This document shows, piece by piece, positions 60,946 through 64,000 of a DNA stretch of 64,000 bases. Origin of the DNA: Schmidtea polychroa (taxonomy: Eukaryota); NCBI GenBank assembly GCA_044892525.1, contig CM097885.1, forward strand, positions 204,414,001-204,478,000. The letters run 5' to 3'. A program made the translations under genes and the position numbers. The notes under the pieces are model-generated. The model was not told the DNA's origin and ran no database searches. It was given only the letters and a program-made list of their open reading frames with translations. Each line of letters opens with the position of its first letter. The stretch's first letter is position 1.

Positions 60946-62182
60946 TCTTTCCACCATATAATTTCATTTCTATTTTCTTTTCTTCTAATATTAATGTATA
61001 TACTTTAGTTTTAAAATCAGAATCCTTTGTTATATGAAGTGTAACATCAACATTATTTATAGCTAGGCGATCATCTTGATCTGAAACATTTATACAAAAT
61101 ACAGAATATAAATTTTTGAAATCTTCTAAACTTAATTGTGGTTCAACTTTAAAATCATAACATGTTTCAATATAATTTAGATATGGGAATATGTTTTCAT
61201 TATTTTCAATATTAAATTCCATTCTATTTATTGGATAATAAGAACTATTTAATTGAATTTGTATTGATTTTAAATTATCATTTCCAATCTTTTGAATAAA
61301 CAAGTTGTTATTTTTATGGAATGATAAATCTACTTCTTTGAATCCAATAAAGATGAATCTCGGTCGGTATGCTAAATTTGCAACCTTTATAGAATATGTT
61401 GAACCCTCTGTCATACTAAATTCACTACAGACTCTATTTAAATAATTTACATTTATAGATTTGTTGGAATTTAATCTTTCAAGGAGTTTGATTTCAGATT
61501 GAGGATTTAAAGTCCATTCAGGTATATGTAATTGAAGTGTTGATAATTTTAATTTAGCTTTTGTATCTACACCTCCATAGAATAATACTTTATCAACTAT
61601 TACTCTATTACAAAGTAATTCTATAAAAACATTATGAAGTATACGGTTATAGTTTTGAAGGAATCCAAACAAGTGTTTTAATTCAAAATAACCTTCAAAT
61701 TTTTTAGATTTATAAAGTTCAACTCTTTTATGGTAACCATAATTTATATCTAAACCATCTTTATCTAAATCACCTTTATTAACATCAGGAATCCAACCTG
61801 TTAATTCTCCATATTCATTTTTATAATCACAACCAGTTAATATAAAATTTAACATTGTAGAATATATTCCTGGATGTAAAACAGTTTCAATTTCTGATGA
61901 TCCTAGTTTTAATCTCATGTTGGAGAATAAATTTGGAAAGAAATTATTTTCTTGGGTTATATCTTTGTTTGCTTCAATTTCTAATTCAATTTTCTAATAT
62001 AATTTTGCATTACAAATATCTATAGGATTTGATGTTTGAAGAGATTGAAAAACTATATCACCTGAACGATTTAAGTTTGCAATAGATCCCGAAGTTGGTG
62101 ATATTTTTAAAACATCAATTTTTTTAATTTCATGCATAAACTCTTTATTATAATCAAGATTTAATTTATTTTTATTAGCCAT
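60836..62182 (-). pseudogene. Polinton set B major capsid protein (hexon-like) with one in-frame TAG at 61994-61996
   Basis: LNRSGDIVF, PNLFSNMRLKLGSSEIETV, LKHLFGF, LQLHIPEW, PRFIFIGFK, IQIQLNSSYYP, FKNLYSVFCINVS; ORFs 61994-62182 and 60836-61918 are in the same frame. Confidence 0.88.
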
Positions 62183-62247
62183 TTTTAAATGCTATTAAAT
62201 TAGCAAACTGCGCAATTTGCTAGTATTTAAATTTTTTATGTTTTTAT

Positions 62248-62480
62248 AGTAGTGGGGGTATGGCCTTCACGGACGCTGACCCATTTCATGTTTCCCCCTT
62301 CACTCGCTTGGGCCTGGGTCCGTGAGGATTGGATCCGTGTATTTGAGGGTTTTATGACTGAAAGATGTAAATATAGGGGGTTAAAAGATGAAAAAGTTTA
62401 GTTTTTTAGGCTGAATTTGAAGGGGCTTGACACTGGAGGGGTGGGGTGGTTTGGTCCGTGAAGGCCATACCCCCACTACT
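62248..62480. repeat. 233-bp GC-rich segment with perfect 27-bp inverted ends starting AGTAGT
   Basis: agtagtgggggtatggccttcacggac (62248-62274) / gtccgtgaaggccatacccccactact (62454-62480); no 6-bp TSD. Confidence 0.9.
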
Positions 62481-63072
62481 TGTTTTCAACTTTGTTTTGA
62501 ACTCTGTTTATAAACCATGACACCTTTTGGGTTGAAAATATCTGTTTTTACCCGTATATCATCAGGACATTGTTGTGTGAAATCTAGAAATATATACCCA
62601 AGCGGTATTTTTGTAGCATCTTGAAATGCATTGATAAAAAAATTACGGTTATTAGGATATGGTTATCGTCCAAGAAAATCAATGACAGTTGCATCTCTAG
62701 GATTCTTGAAAATAACTAAATATTGTACATTTAAATTACGTGTTCGATGTGCACCACGTTGATGAAATAGATTTTGTGTTATGAAAATAACTGTTACACC
62801 AACATGTCTGCTGATTTTTGTTAATAAATTATTAAAATCCTTTTCTTTATTGGCTTCTTGGTACAAATCATCGATAATGATGACATCATCTTTTTCAACT
62901 GGCAGAAACTTGATTGCGTCTATCCATGTTCTTCGTCGGCGCCCCTATGCCAATAAATATTGTTGAATTTTGTTTTGAATAAATTTGATTTTAGTAATTT
63001 ACAAACAAATAATGTTTTTCCGCTACCACTTGGACCAACGATTTGGTATACTGCATCATTTCGTAATTCCAT
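62481..63072 (-). pseudogene. Polinton set A packaging ATPase
   Basis: MELRNDAVYQIVGPSGSGKT; VIIIDDL; SRHVGVTVIFITQNLF; NVQYLVIFKNPRD; FQDATKIPLGYIFLD; has a frameshift and a stop. Confidence 0.9.
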
Positions 63073-63137
63073 TTTTTAAATTTAAACTACGTAATTATTG
63101 TTTATATTGATAATTTAAATGAACTCCGTTTTAAAAC

Positions 63138-63184
<47 letters not shown>

Positions 63185-63203
63185 TTATAATTATTTCATT
63201 AAA

Positions 63204-63665
63204 ATGCTTTCAAATATAAATTACAGGGCAAAAGCTGATGTATCAAAAAAGGTATTTCCAATGGGGAAACCACAACAACTTATCAATAGAAGTAAAAAAT
63301 ATCCCATAATATATTTCAAAACTGGTAAATGTAGAATTATGGGGTGTAAGGAAATAATCAAAGCTAGTGAATATAATGTTTATGATTTAGAAATACAATC
63401 GATAACCGTAACTTCCGATATGGGTTTTTCTTGTAATTTAAATAAATTGGCTAAATTAATACCATGTGTTTACGAACCAGAATTATTTCCAGCTTTGAGA
63501 TATATAAAATATAACCCTATGTGTATAAATATATTCACTAGTCGTAAGATAGTAATTCTTGGAATAAAAAATATTGATTACAAATGTATAGTTGATAAAA
63601 TCATATCTGAAATTAAATCAATAATTGAAGGAAAAGATTTTTTTAGATTTTTTATTATCACTTAA
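63204..63665 (+). CDS. Miniature TATA-binding-protein-like gene, 153 aa, intronless
   Basis: Repeat 2 DLEIQSITVTSDMGF...YEPELFPALRY...INIFTSRKIVILGIK parallels TBP DFKIQNMVGSCDVKF...YEPELFPGLIY...LLIFVSGKVVLTGAK; repeat 1 reduced to IIYFKTGKCRIMGCK. Confidence 0.85.
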   Translation: MLSNINYRAKADVSKKVFPMGKPQQLINRSKKYPIIYFKTGKCRIMGCKEIIKASEYNVYDLEIQSITVTSDMGFSCNLNKLAKLIPCVYEPELFPALRYIKYNPMCINIFTSRKIVILGIKNIDYKCIVDKIISEIKSIIEGKDFFRFFIIT

Positions 63666-64000
63666 TTAATTATTTTAAAAATCATGTGATTGCAAATTCG
63701 ATGCAACTGAAATGCGTGATTATGATTGGTCGAAATCTAATTGGCTGATGATTATTTATAACAAAATATTTTTGGTTTAGTTATCATTTTTAAACCATGT
63801 ACAATATTAAAAGTTCAACTATAGCAGCCATGAAAGAACATGAACATTATGGTAAATTTAAATTTTTTAATATTAATTGTATTTATCATATTATTATTTA
63901 CAGATGAATATCACGCAATAATACTGGAAAGATTGTATTTTTATTACATGCAAATGTATGATATTCTCAAAGATCGAGATGTTGCAATAATCCCAGATTT

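Noticed and set aside
30000-63700. Bacterial or phage contamination as the source of the dense gene block
   Set aside because: The gene set is Polinton-type, carries eukaryotic gypsy insertions and microsatellites, and is contiguous with intron-bearing host sequence

Overview
AT-rich eukaryotic genomic DNA with N gaps; flatworm/planarian-like by composition and repeat content (inference). Host content: one exon of a PDE4-like gene (9.5-10.2 kb, minus) and an intronless CASC3/Barentsz-like ORF (24.2-26.4 kb, minus). The first 30 kb also holds MITEs, a Penelope-like fragment with a degenerate hammerhead, a Tigger transposase relic and several Ty3/gypsy relics; one of these has an Asf1 copy inserted into its RNase H region. 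From about 30 kb to the end lie two interleaved, decaying Maverick/Polinton (adintovirus-like) elements. Set A: protease, capsid, PW-like protein, pPolB tail and ATPase, with a Bcl-2-like pseudogene and a miniature TBP-like gene next to it. Set B: pPolB, ZnF-PLA2-integrase fusion, ATPase, protease, penton, hexon and fiber-like genes. Set B is interrupted by a CsRn1-clade gypsy whose 3' LTR carries a second, young LTR element with no visible pol. That element encodes one polyprotein: Gag, two ubiquitin-like domains, a Bcl-2-like domain, a hydrophobic segment and an env-like relic. The best candidates for new biology are this polyprotein, the Polinton-associated TBP-like gene, and the two separate Bcl-2-like cargoes. 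All protein calls are by-eye motif recognition; no database searches were run.
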